From NCBI RefSeq assembly GCF_009914755.1, contig NC_060944.1: DNA of 64,000 nt; one strand, given 5' to 3'. Source of the stretch: the human T2T-CHM13v2.0 reference genome, Homo sapiens. Positions within the stretch are counted from its first letter, which is position 1, and every line of letters begins with the position of its first letter. This document shows positions 14,939-28,949 of this stretch, piece after piece. Below the pieces are notes generated by a model. The model was not told where the DNA came from. It did not search any database and worked only from the letters and a program-made list of their open reading frames with translations. The position numbers were made by a program, and so were the translations under genes.

Positions 14939-17134
14939 TCAAGAGTCTTACCACTTCCATTTTGGGGGATTCCCGATGTGTTAGACAATGAAGACGGACT
15001 AAAAAAAAAGATTTTTAAAAATTGTGGTGTATTTAACAAATTAACACTCCTTACACAAATCTAAGGCTATTTCATTGTGGCATGTGCAAGCAAATTAGCA
15101 GATTTAGAAACAACGCTTAATCTGAATGCACTGCTGATAGTCTTGCAAACAAGTTTCACTAACAAAGTCCAACCACACCAGGTATTTTAGAAAGCATGTG
15201 ATGTTCAAAAGCTAGTATTATTTGGTTTATCGGCTCAACCACGAAGGAGTTAGTTTCCTATTATGCTCTGATTCTCTTGTCGCCCTGTGCACAATTGACC
15301 AGGCATTTTTTTTCCTGAGTGGGGGGATTGGGGGCGGTCTGAGTTTTAGATGGTTCACGTTTTTTCCTAGTAACTTTAGCAGAGGAATTAATTATTACTG
15401 TGCAATCGCCTTTTTTGGAAGGATATTTGGAATGTGCTTCTTGTCTCTTTTCCCTTCAGACTTTTTTTCTTCTTCTTCTTTGAATTGGACAGCCTAAATG
15501 TTAGCTTTACTGGAGCTGAACATACTGTAACACTTAACCAAGGTGAAAAATGACTGCTTGCCAATGACTTTTACATCTATATTAAGACTATGCTTGTTAT
15601 ATAGCACAGTTAGATATAACATGTTCAAATACAGAGAGTGTGATAGATCCAGGCATCGATGATATGCTTTCTTTAAAAACAAAAGGATTGCAAGAAGTGA
15701 GCCAGGTATGGCTACTTAGGAATTTGTGCAAATAAGAAAAACACAGTTATTAACTTTTTTAGGCATTGGTCTGTATCTAACTTTACTCTTTTTTGGATTT
15801 ATTTATTCATTGGCTAATAAAGATTTTCAGCCATAGATGGGAGTTTGTTTTTTTCCTAGGTAATTGGTAAATGAATAGAACCAGACTTTAATCAGTAAAC
15901 AAGGTATCTGATAAATTGATTAAATAAATGATTCAATATTGTTGGAAGAATGAGACTACAACTTTATCCCAGTTTAAATCTTCAGTGCTCTTAGAACCTC
16001 ATTCTTAAGATGAGGCTCTTTCTTTATGAATGGAATTGATTTACAGAAAACGAAGCATTTGGCTGAGTTTGTGACTTACTTGAGATTGCACAGCAAGTCT
16101 GAATTAAATCTGTGTAACAGGTTCTAATCCCATGGTCCAGCAATTAGACCATTCTCTCTAAGCTTCTTGGAGAATTAATTTCTCATTACAAATAAATATA
16201 TTCTGCACCATGGTCTGAACATACCAATGCTAAGCACATTTTCTGACAGACATTTCAAAGATATAGATGAGCTCTTGCATCTTTTCGAAAGCAATGCAAG
16301 GGACATTCACACAGCAGGTGCTGGAAGGGTCCCTCTGGCAGACAGAGGAGATGCAGAAGTTCTGCTCAATCAGGTTTTCCTGACCAAGCCTGTCTGTGTA
16401 GCTGCGGTAAACATGCACAGGTCTAGCGTTCAAAAATGGGCCCCTGGCTCTCACAATGAACCTGACAACCTGACCAATCAAATTCAAGTCTACCACGTTG
16501 CCAGGGTAACTAATACACAGTCACAAAAACAGAACGATCACAGTGAGGGAAAAATACAAAATGCAGCATTTTCATGCTTAGAGAAAGAAAGAGAAAACAC
16601 AGGCTGACCGTACATAGCAGGAACTGATACTTGCTTCTTCCTTAACTATGAGCCATTCATTTACAGCCATGTGCAAATGCCTATGTGCAGATGTATGCAC
16701 CTATCCTCTTTCACAGAAAATATGTGCCTCACTTCTGGAACATTATTAGTGAATTTGAATGGGAGAAAGATGGCAGATTATGGTTTGAGGTGGAAAGATC
16801 TGGAGGCACACACACAAAAAATGAGCATCCACCCTTCTTCCTTGAGCAACTCCCGGGTTGAAAGGTGCTTCCAGACTCAACTCAGTCGATGGTCCTTTCT
16901 TCCAGTATTTAAAGGATGCTACTGCCAGGGTAATAAAAGCCACCCCATGCCCTTAGCAATGACTATCTCCAGGCTAAACTGTCCCTCTGTTTTGCTATGT
17001 GCCCCCATAGTATAGGTGCCGAAGTGATTCTGAAAAACGTAGATCATGTCCTGCCCCCGCTGACAGCTCCTCCCCTGACTTCCCTTGCAGGCTGAGCAGC
17101 AGGTGGTGTTTACACCATGGCCCACCAGGTCCTG

Positions 17135-18005
17135 CTGAGTCTGCCTCTTCCTAACTCTCTGCCCTTATTTCTTGACTCTCTCCCCCACAGTCCACTGTCA
17201 ACAATCTTCCTTTCTGTCCCTTGAACATGCCAAGCTTATTTCCACTTGCATTAGTTTCCTGGAGTTGCCATAACAAAGACCCACAAACCAGGTGGTGAAA
17301 AACAACAGAAATGTATTCTCTCATAGTTCTGGAGGCTTGGAGTCTGAAGTCAAGGTGTCTGCATGGCCGTATCCCCTCTGAAGGCTCTAGGGGAGTCTAT
17401 TCCATTTCCTTCTCTGAGTTCCTGACGTTGGCAATTCCTGGCATTCCTTGGCTTGTGGGTGCTTTGTCCCCATCTCTGCCTCCCTGTGTGTTTCTACATC
17501 CCTTCTCCTCTTCTTATGAAGACATCAGTCACTGGATTAGGGCCCACCTAAATTGAGTAGAACTCGACTATATTTGCCAAGGCTCTATTTCCAAATAGGG
17601 CCATATTTGCAGGTACTAGCAGTTATCACTTCAACATATCTTTTCGGGGACACAATTCAATCCATAATGCCACCTCAGGACTTCCACCTTGAATTCCCTT
17701 CTACTAGCCCTTTTCATGGCTGGCTCCTTTTATCTTTTGGGAGTGAGCTCAAAAGCCATCTTGTCCGGAAGCTTCCCAGATCACACATTTTTGACTTCCC
17801 ACCCCTCAACTTCTTGTCATCAATGCCCTTTGTTTCTTTCTTAGACCTTATCACCACTGGATATACAACTCCCCTCCCTCTCTCAAGGAGAATATGAACT
17901 CCCAGGAGTAACTTCTTTGCATGTCTTATTCACAGCTCCGTTCCCAGAGTGTAGATGAGTGCCTGCAACAAAATAGGTTCTTGATAACTATGCATTGAAT
18001 ATAAA
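17135..18005 (+). mobile_element. L2 3' end, split by MLT1C
   Basis: CCTTGAACATGCCAAGC...CCTCAGGAC...GAGTGCCTG...ATAGGTTCTTGATAAC...TTGAAT. Confidence 0.7.
17247..17669 (-). mobile_element. MLT1C-like LTR
   Basis: ATTAGTTTCCTGG...CAACAGAAATGTATTCTCTCATAGTTCTGGAGG...GGGGACACAATTCAA; TSD ccact/ccacc. Confidence 0.88.
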
Positions 18006-18199
18006 ATCTGAATCAGAAAATTTGGGAAGTAGGAGAAGTTGTAGAAGAGAAGGCTGAGTTGAGGTGGTACTGAATTTATGACAAGCATTCAGCATTTTCT
18101 GTGACAAATATCTGTTGGACATCAATTATGTGCCAGACACTGTTCTAAGTTACAGCTCAGCTAAGACAGACACAAAGCCTTGAGCTGCATCTGAGTGAG

Positions 18200-18620
18200 A
18201 GCCCGAGCACCTGCCATATGTTGAGTGCTTGCTATCTGCCGGCACAGTGCAGAACACCTGTGATGTTAATCCTACAGAAAATTGTAGAAGGCAGGTGCTA
18301 TCATTAACTTTACTTCTTCCCAGGTGAGGAAACAATTTCAGAGCAAGTTCACCTCACTGGTAAGCAGGAGAGCAAACTCCTCCTAAACATGGGGTTCCGT
18401 TCCCCACCCTCTTAGCTGCTCCCCTATGCAACTCTTGAAGAAAACACTAATGCTGGCCAGAAGTCCATGTAGTTGGCAATCAGCTGCATTTTCCTGATGA
18501 GAAAATGAAACGCAGGAAAGTTAAATCACTTCCACACATCACAAGCTAATGGGTGGCAGGTAGGATAGGAGGGAGACGTCCCTGGTTTGTTGTCAGAGCC
18601 CATGTTCATAAGCCCTACCT
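18200..18620 (-). mobile_element. Two MIR fragments
   Basis: TATGTTGAGTGCTTGCTAT...GGTGAGGAAACA; GATGAGAAAATGAAACGCAG...CACATCACAAGCTAAT. Confidence 0.6.
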
Positions 18621-19059
18621 TTATGTCCTCAAGTCTATAGGTTTGTGGGCAGGTATAGCAGGGGTATCCTTTTTTTTTTTTGTTTGTTTGTTTTAACAGA
18701 GCTCAGAACCCAAGCTTCTCAAACTCTAAAGAGTGTAGGATTCATCAGGGGATTCCAAACCTAGACTTTGAATCAGCAGGCCAGCTGTTCCCATTACCCT
18801 CGTGTGACCTTCTGGGGCTCCCTGATTTCTCACTCATAGCCATACTCACCACATGGCAGGCTTTGTGCTACAGAAGGGTCCCTGGGAGTCTGCAGGACAC
18901 CATGGCCCAAACCACTTCTTCTTGTTATTCCCTGAAACAGACATATGTTTCTTTGCTTACCCCAAGTCCAGACCTTCTGATAGTAACATCTCGAATTTCC
19001 TTTTGAGGAACCATGCCTCCCTCATCCCAGTCCAAAGAGTTTGAATAGATTTGACTCTT

Positions 19060-19400
19060 CCTCCTTGGTTCCAGATGTGACAATGTACTTCAATGGACTT
19101 TGTGGGGAACAAGAAGACATCTTTTCACTAGGGCTACAAAGTGCATAGAATGCATGTTGGATGCTCTGTTACTGTGAAGGGAGAGTCACCCAGATAATAA
19201 AGCCAGCATTGAGGTAAGCAGAGATGAAAATTAGAGAAAGAATTCTGATGAAATCTTGAAATGGCTGGATCTGGTCCTGGGAGGTAGGCTTATTGCAAAC
19301 AATTCCATGATAAGTAAGACAATAAAGTCCCTTTTTTTGCTAAAATCAGATTAAATTAGATGTTGACATCTGCTGCCAAAAGAATCCCAAATAAAACATT
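19060..19400 (+). mobile_element. Old MLT1J-like LTR fragment
   Basis: AAAGCCAGCATTGAGG...CTGGATCTG...AATAAAGTCCCTTTTTTTGC. Confidence 0.5.
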
Positions 19401-19959
19401 TCCTTTAGGATAAATTCCCCTGTACTCCAGAACAATCTCCCTCAGAAACTGGAGTGGCTCATGATGGTATTTCAAACTAAAGTGCCAATGACTAGGAATG
19501 CTTGCTGACTCAACCACTGGAATGTTCTGGAGATGAAATTGATATTTGAAAGCAACTGGAGGGTGACTGACAGTTGGTAGGTACTTAAAAAATATCCTGA
19601 GTCTATCTAAATGGTGTATTTTCTTTTTTTATGTGCTAGAATATATGTACTTGGCAAATCTCAAATATGTTTGTAATTTGGGGAATATAATAGGAGATAT
19701 TTTATGTGAGAAAAGTTCTCATCATTGCTTTTTGCCTGTTTGGTTTATTTTACATGACTGTGAAATGCAAAATTCCAAGATTTTGACTTTTTGAATGATT
19801 TTCCTCTCTCTCCCATCTCCTTTTCTCCCACACTTACACCATCCATCCCCAGTGGTCAAAGGTACGAGGATCCACCATTTGGAACTTCATCTTTTAAAGA
19901 CCAGAAACTCCTCTTCAGGAGAAGGAAGGGTGTGATTTATTGTGGCTTTATCTAAGATA

Positions 19960-20480
19960 ACACAGTGAAAGTTCAAGTTCTCTAGTTTCTTTATTAAAAA
20001 AAATATATATATAAATACCAGTGATTTATAGCAAGGGTAGCAATTTAGTGCATAAGAAATTTTTTTTGCTCTATTCCTCTCCATCTTCACTTTTCTTAAA
20101 GTAACTAATTTTAACAGCTTAGTGCATATCCTTCTAGTCATTTTTCTATGGTGTTATAACCAGACACAAATGCATGCATGTATATGCATGTATATATGTA
20201 TGCCTATATACATAAACACACATACACACATCATTTTTTTTAACATATTCTTGTACACTATTGCTTTTGTATATATTTCCAAAGTTAGGATTGCTGGGTC
20301 AAAGGGTATGTATACTTCTATTTAAATGAACACAGATGATTACTTTCCAGAAAGTTTACAGAACTTCATATTCTCACCAATGTATTTCTCCAAATCACTG
20401 CTATCCCAGAATTTTTTGCACTTGGTACTGTGGTAGTTTCATGATTTTTATTCTTTTTTCTCTTTATAAGAGTTAGCATC
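19960..20480 (-). mobile_element. Old L1ME-like fragments
   Basis: TAACTAATTTTAACAGCTTAGTGCATATCCTTC; GGATTGCTGGGTCAAAGGGTATG. Confidence 0.6.
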
Positions 20481-20579
20481 TTCCCCATTCGAGTCCTTAG
20501 GACCATCACATCTGTTCTATGGCCCCATTGTGCATGCCTTTCCTGTCTTTCATGTGTTCTTTCGGAGGTTGCCCCTCGT

Positions 20580-20775
20580 AATAATGAGGATGAAGATGCA
20601 GCTGATGTTTATTGAGTGTTGACTACCTGTGCTGAGTCTGCTACGCACTTACAGTGCTGAATAGGTTTTTTTACTGAAAGTTTTTCCTTTGATATTCACG
20701 ATAACCCTACGAGCTATCTAGTTTTATAAGTCGGCTTTTACAGATTAGGAAACTGAGGCTCAGAAAAAAGTTAGA
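20580..20775 (-). mobile_element. MIR (interrupted by AluJ)
   Basis: GTTTATTGAGTGTTGACT...TTTTACAGATTAGGAAACTGAGGCTCAGA. Confidence 0.8.
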
Positions 20776-21100
<325 letters not shown>

Positions 21101-21798
21101 GGGTGGAGGGGAAGGTTAGAGTAATTTGCCTAAATGTGCAGAGGGAGTGAGAAGCAGAACAGGGATGAATCCGAGAGGTCTGGCAACTGCAGCATAGACG
21201 GCACACAAGCACTGTGCACATTGCCTGCTGGATACCCAAGATGGGATTCATTAAAGTGAGGCCAGGTCTCTATGACAAAAGTCCAAGAACCTCCTGAAAT
21301 GTTGTGCAGGATGCTGGGAGAGGTTTGATTTATTTTCTTCATTTACTAAGCTAGCAATTTAATCTTACATTTCAGTTTGAAATATTTTAAACATGCGTTC
21401 CCAATATTTGTTTACTTATTTATAAATTATATACTTGCACTGAAGTATTGATATCTTATGTCCACTAGAAAGCATACATAAGCAGTTATAATTTTAAATG
21501 GTGACTCAGTTTGAGCCATTGTAACAAAAATACCATAGACTGGATGGTTTAAACGACAAACATTTATTTTTCATGGTTCTGGAGGCTGGCAGTCGGAAAT
21601 CAGGGTGCCAGCATTGTTAGGTTCTGATGAGGGTCCTTTTCCAGGCTGCAGGTTACTGACTTTCTATTGTATCCTCACATGACAAAAGGGGCCTTTAGTG
21701 GGTAATTGGGTCATGAGAGTGGAATCCTCATGAATAGGATCTGTCCATCAAAGCAGTTACAAGCCTGCCTTGCCCTAAGGGCTGGGGAATTAGACTAA

Positions 21799-22108
<310 letters not shown>

Positions 22109-22182
22109 TGATGAGGGAATAGGATTCATGAGGATTCCACTCTCATGACCCAATTACCCACTAAAGGCCCCACCTCCTAATA

Positions 22183-22333
22183 TTAGTTTGGTGCAAAAGT
22201 AATTGTGGTTTTGCCATTAAAACGAATTGGCTGTAGCTGAGGCTGCAGTCATCTGAAGGATGTCCTAGTTGTGCCATTGGCATTACCATTAAAAGTAATG
22301 GCAAAAGCCGCAATTACTTTTGCACCAACCTAT
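22183..22333. mobile_element. MADE1 (Hsmar1-derived MITE) with a 63-bp internal insert
   Basis: TTAGTTTGGTGCAAAAGTAATTGTGGTTTTGCCATT...AATGGCAAAAGCCGCAATTACTTTTGCACCAACCTA, flanked by TA. Confidence 0.93.
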
Positions 22334-22581
22334 TATTACTTTGCAGATTAGAATTTCAATATGTGGATTTTGGGTGGACACAAACATTAGGTCTATTACA
22401 AATTGATAAGATAAAACTGAAATTACTTGTAATCTAATTATTCTATTTGTGAATAGTACCAAAATATCATTGCTCTCACTAAATAAAATTACTATTAGAA
22501 ATGAACCTCATGCTTATTAGTTTTACATGTTTCATGACTTGCAATGGCTTCATAGTATTATTAAAAAATATCTTAAGCCAT

Positions 22582-22879
22582 GGCTGGGCGCTGTGGCTCA
22601 CACCTGTAATCCCAGCACTTTGGGAGGCTGAGGCAGGCGGATCACCTGAGGTCGGGAGTTTGAGAACAGCCTGGTCAACATGGTGAAACCCTGTCTCTAC
22701 TGAAAATACAAAAAATTAGCCAGGGTTGGTAGTGGCTGCCTGTAATCCCAGCTGCTTGGAAGCTGAGGCATGAGAATTGCTTGAACCTGGGAGGAGGAGG
22801 TTGCAGTGAGCCAAGATCGAGCCATTGCACTCCAGCCTGGGAGACAGAGCAAAACTCCATCTCAAAAAAATAAAAAGTA
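22582..22879 (+). mobile_element. AluSq/Sp-like
   Basis: GATCACCTGAGGTCGGGAG, GCCATTGCAC, GCAAAACTCC; its TSD (aaaaaatat...agccat) reappears after the next Alu (23195-23211). Confidence 0.93.
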
Positions 22880-24124
<1,245 letters not shown>

Positions 24125-24134
24125 TTACCGATTA

Positions 24135-24260
24135 AGTTATTTATTAATAGATATTTATGGAATGCCTGCTATGTGCCAAGCTAAGAATATGAGTAAAAAG
24201 CATGAAAAAACACAAGATCCCTGCTGTTCTGGAGCCTATATTCTAGTACAGAAAATATCA
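24135..24260 (-). mobile_element. L2 fragment
   Basis: ATATTTATGGAATGCCTGCTATGTGCCAAG...TGGAGCCTATATTCTAGT. Confidence 0.7.
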
Positions 24261-24631
24261 GATCATGGTTTTAAATGTAAATCTATATGTTACATAATCT
24301 GCTGGATAACTTCCTTTTTTGTTTGTTTGTTTTGACAACTCCGAGTTGCTCATCATCATTTTTTTTTTACATCACAATATAACTGATAAAAAGCTCCTGT
24401 TAATGGTGGAAGAAGTTAGAGCCATTTTCTCCTTGCATGCAGATGCTTGCATTGTTAAAATTTCCTTCAATTCACATTACTTTGTAGGAATCTTTAAGCC
24501 ACTAGTCCTTTTTGTGAGGGCTGCTATAGTTAAGAGGTGATAATGCTGTCTATGAATCCACATTACTAGGCATGTGTAAATTGCAAGAAACCTCAATAGG
24601 CTGTAGGCTAGAGGCAGTAAGAACACCATTG

Positions 24632-25487
24632 TCATCTGCAGAGACAATTTGACTTCCTCTCTTCGTATTTGAATACCCTTTATTTCTTTCTCTTGCCTGA
24701 TTGCTCTGGCCAGAACTTCCAATACTATGTTGAATTGGAGTGGTGAGAGAGGGCATCCTTGTCTTGTACTGGTTTTCACAGGGAATGCTTCCAGCTTTTG
24801 CCCATTCAGTATGATATTGGCTATGGGTTTGTCATAAATAACTCTCATTATTTTGAGATATGTTCTATCAATACCTAGTTTATTGAGCATTTTTAGCATG
24901 AAGGGGTGTTGAATTTTATTGAAGGCCTTTTCTGCATCTATTGAGATGATCATGTGGTTTCTGTCATTGGTTCTGTTTGGATTACATTTATTGATTTGCA
25001 TTCTACTATAAAGACACATGCATATATATGTTTATTGCAGCACTATTCACAACAGCAAAGACTTGGAACCAAACCAAATGTCCATCAATGATAGACTGGA
25101 TAAAGAAAATGTGGCACATATACACCATGGAATACTATGCAGCCATAAAAAAGGATGAGTTCATGTCCTTTGCAAGGACATGGATGAAGCCAGAAACCAT
25201 CATTCTCAGCAAACTAACACATGAACAGAAAACCAAACACTGCACATTCTCACTCATAAGTGGGAGCTGAACAATGAGAACACATGGACACAGGAGGGGA
25301 ACATCACACACCAGGGCCTGTTGCGGGGGCGGTGGGGGGCTTGGGGAGTATAGCATTAGGAGAAATACGTAATGTAGATGATGAGTTGATGGGTGCAGCA
25401 AACCACCATGGCACATGTATACCTATGTAACAACCTGCGTGTTCTGCACATGTATCCCAGAACTTAAAGTATAATTTAAAAAAAAAA
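24632..25487 (+). mobile_element. 5'-inverted (twin-primed) L1PA7-like insertion
   Basis: 24632-25001 is antisense ORF2 RT ([13 protein letters not shown]...RQGCPLSP); 24999-25487 is sense ORF2 C-terminus, 3' UTR and poly(A); TSD aagaacaccattg/aagaatgccattg. Confidence 0.95.
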
Positions 25488-26329
25488 GAATGCCATTGCC
25501 TCCCCCATCCCCAATTCCTCTGAGTTGTAGAATTCCCACCTTCTCTCAGAATTTCTGCAATACCATATGTAACCGACGCAGAGGGAGTGAGGCAAGTGTC
25601 AAGCTGCTTATTAAAATATAACACAGTTTAATTTCTTTCTTATTTTTAGTTTGAAGTAAGTATAAATAGAAGGTCTAATATCTTTTTTAGCTTATTTTCC
25701 ACTTTGGAGGACACTGCTCTAGAAAAAAATCAGAAAACACTCCTCACCAGTTAAAGAGGATGATGCTTCTGGAAAGGACACAGTCCCCAATAATGAAACA
25801 ACCCCCACAAGTTGTCTCCGTGAGTGCCTTCTCTTGAGTGATGATGCAAAAGGAGCTGAAATGAGTTGCAACTTGCAGGAAGTAGCCTGACATACAACAT
25901 TGTTTAAATTAAAGTGAATGCAAAAGAGAAGCTTGTTACAGCTTAAATAGATAGAGAAGGAGAACTTTTTCTGTTTCCAGTTGCTTGTCTGCTTTGGTTG
26001 GAGACCATATGCTTTGAAGAATCTTACAAATATTCCTGTCCATATACGTATTAGAGTATCTCAGGCTTTTCTCTCTGGAAGCCTTTGTGCCATTGTCTGA
26101 AGGATCTATAAAAGCAATAAGCCATCTTGTAAATGGAGCTGGAATATGGGATGCTCTTGTTCCTTTCTTGCCAGCGGCCACTGGCATTTATTCCGGAGTT
26201 GATGCATCAGTGACCAGGGTTATTGCTCCCAGAATCCATGTTAAACCACACAAGCAATGGAAATTTTCTCAGCTGTGCTGTGAACTCAGTCGGCTTATTT
26301 CACTCAAGTATGAATAGCAATAAAGATAT

Positions 26330-26570
26330 TAACAGCAATGCTAATATTAATTCTAATAGCTAAGAGTACCCAGCGCCTACTTGCCAGGTGCTGTGCTAGG
26401 AAGCCACGTGGATTTAATTGTTACTCCTCACAGCAACCTTATGAGAAATATACTGTCACTTATTGGACATCAGAGCAGGAAGCTTCTCCAAGGTTTGGAG
26501 GAATTAAACAACTTGAACAATAGAGTCTGAGCCCAAGGAGGATTCCCATAGTCTGACTCCAGGTTTGCAA
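26330..26570 (-). mobile_element. MIR
   Basis: AGCGCCTACTTGCCAGGTGCTGTGCTAG...CCTCACAGCAACCTTATGAG...AGTCTGACTCCAG. Confidence 0.75.
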
Positions 26571-26736
26571 GGTTAATTAATGACTTTCTGTCTCTCTAAT
26601 ATATATCTCTATATGTTATATAGATATATATAATAGATATTTACATTATATATAATATATATAAAACTTATATATAAGCTATGACAAATAAATTTTAACC
26701 ACTATGGAAAACTTGCAACTCAAGTTTCTATACATA

Positions 26737-27098
26737 TGATATGGTTTGGCTGTGTCCCCACCCAAATCTCATCTTGAATTGTAGCTCCCATAATCCCCGT
26801 GTGTAGTGGGAGGGACCCAGTGGGGAGTAATTGAATCATGGGGGTGGGTTTTTCCCATGCTGTTCTAGTGATATTGAATAAGCCTCATGAGATCTCATGG
26901 TTTTATAAAGGGCAGTTCCTCTGCACAGGCTGTCTTGCCTGCCACCATGTAAGATGTGACTTTGTGCCTCCTTCGCCTTTTGCCATGATTGCGAGGCCTC
27001 CCCAACCACGTGAGACTGAGTCCATTAAACCTCTTTTTCTTTATAAATTACCCAGTCTTGGGTATGTCCTTACAGCAGCATGGGAATGGACTAATACA
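26737..27098 (+). mobile_element. THE1B/D-like solo LTR within an AT-rich low-complexity tract (~26590-27265)
   Basis: TGATATGGTTTGGCTGTGTCCCCACCCAAATCTCATCTTGAATTGTAGCTCCC...GGACTAATACA; TSD acata/atata. Confidence 0.93.
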
Positions 27099-27337
27099 AT
27101 ATATAAGTATATATTATATATAATATATACATATAAAATATAAATTTTTATATATTATATAAACTATATGAATATTATTTATATACTGTAATATAAATGT
27201 CATATTATATGTAATATGTAATTATAATTACATATCACTATAATATGTTATATATATAATTTATTAGAAGGTCATTTTGGCCAGCTCCACACTGCTTTTT
27301 GACCATCTTACATCAATGCCTCATGTCACCATTGCCA

Positions 27338-27967
27338 GGTGTTGGTGACAGAATTCTAAGATGACTTTCACTGACCCTCACCCTTGTGTAATCCCCTTCC
27401 CTTAAGTGTGGGAGGAACCTGTGACTATGACAAGATACCATGCCCATGGAAAAAGGGATTTTATCATCGTAATCATGATGCATAATTAGTTGACATTAGG
27501 ATAAGGGGTTTATTCTGGGTGGGCCTGACCTAATCAGGTGAGTCCTTGCAGGAGCTCATGCTCTTCCTGTAGAGAGAGTCAAAGAATGAGTGGGGTTTGG
27601 CATGAGGGAGATTCTCCAATGCTGGCTGTGAAGATGGAGGGGGTCACATGGCAAGGAGTGTGGGTGGCCTCTATGAGTTGTGAGCCAGCAAGAAAATGGG
27701 GACTTCAGTCCTACAACTGTAAGGAACTGAATTCTGTTGATAACTTGTATGAGCTTGGAAATGGATCCTTCCCCAGACCCTCCAGATATGAATGCTGCTT
27801 AACCAACACCTTGATTTCAGTCTTGTTAGATCCTGAGAAGAGAATCCAGTCATGCCATGCTTGGGCTTCTGATCAACTGAACTGAGAGCTCATGAATGGG
27901 AAGAGCTCATTATGTTAAGCTGCTGAATTGGTGGTAATTTGTTACATGACAATAGAAAAATAATATA
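27338..27967 (+). mobile_element. MLT1E-like LTR
   Basis: CAGAATTCTAAGATG...GGGTGGGCCTGACCTAATCAGGTGAG...AAGGAACTGAATTCTG...GTAATTTGTTAC. Confidence 0.85.
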
Positions 27968-28029
27968 CCATTTTCTTATTATTAATATACTTTTTCTGCA
28001 CTATAGACTCATTGAGGTGCCACGGGTGT

Positions 28030-28093
28030 CTTTCTTTCTTCCTTCCTTCCTTCCTTCCTTCCTTCCTTCCTTCCTTCCTTCCTTCCTTCCTTC

Positions 28094-28152
<59 letters not shown>

Positions 28153-28180
28153 TCCTTCTCTCTCTCTCTTTCTTTTTTTC
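28030..28180. repeat. Compound STR (TTCC)14(TTTC)15 with CT tail
   Basis: TTCC 28039-28094; TTTC 28095-28154. Confidence 0.97.
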
Positions 28181-28234
28181 TCATCTCCTTTGCATTGTGC
28201 TTACACCTAGCAGGTGCTGTAAATGTGAGCTAGA

Positions 28235-28470
28235 GAGGCTGTGTGTCTAGTTAGGAGGACAGACTCTGGAGCCAGACTGCCTGGGTTTAAACCTGGCGCT
28301 GTGTCTTACCAGCTGTGGGACCCTGGGCAACTTACTTAACTGCCATGTGTAAAATAGGAATGAAATAATCATGCTTGCTCATAAGGCTGGGGTGAGGATG
28401 AGATGACCTTTGTGTGTAAAGTGCCTAGTACATAGTAAGAGCTCAACAACATGTTAGTAATTATTACTGT
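28235..28470 (+). mobile_element. MIR
   Basis: GACTCTGGAGCCAGACTGCCTGGGTTTAAA...CTGGGCAACTTACTTAAC...ATAGTAAGAGCTCAA. Confidence 0.88.
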
Positions 28471-28949
28471 GTGTTTCATAAATTAGCAAATAAATCTTAA
28501 CTACTATGGGACAAAAGCCCTATAAAAAATTCGTAAATGTCTCTACCTGCTTAAGATAAGTTTATGGATTTTTAAAAGCTTTTCTGGACTACTTGCTATT
28601 AAATTACTAAGGTACCAGTACTACAGGGATGTCCTCTGGCACCATGGAGAATTGGGGCCCAGTCCTAAATGGTCCCATTCTGTATGATTTCTATTTGAAT
28701 TCATTTGGGGAGAGAATCTGTAGCTTTGAATGAAATTTTCAAAAATTCCTGTTCACATATTAGAATATCAGTATCTGCAGGAAAAATTGATTTCTTCTTT
28801 GTCGTTGTTAGATGTTCCCTTCTGGGCATGACCATGTACTGCATTTAGCACCAGTTGCTTCTAGTTTCCCCACATGTACTGTGGGCTGAAAAACCCACAG
28901 TGATCAACTAAGCGTATACGTCATGCTCTATTTGCCCTGGCAGGGCCAT

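Noticed and set aside
15993-16019. Small imperfect palindrome AGAACCTCATTCTTAAGATGAGGCTCT
   Set aside because: Short stem with a bulge and mismatch; within chance expectation.
22183-22333. MADE1 as a miR-548 gene
   Set aside because: The 63-bp loop insert disrupts the canonical precursor geometry, and expression cannot be judged from sequence.
24477-25270. 180-aa RT-like and 80-aa ORFs as a gene
   Set aside because: Fragments of a truncated, inverted L1 ORF2 with a frameshift at the catalytic FADD motif; not a functional RT system.
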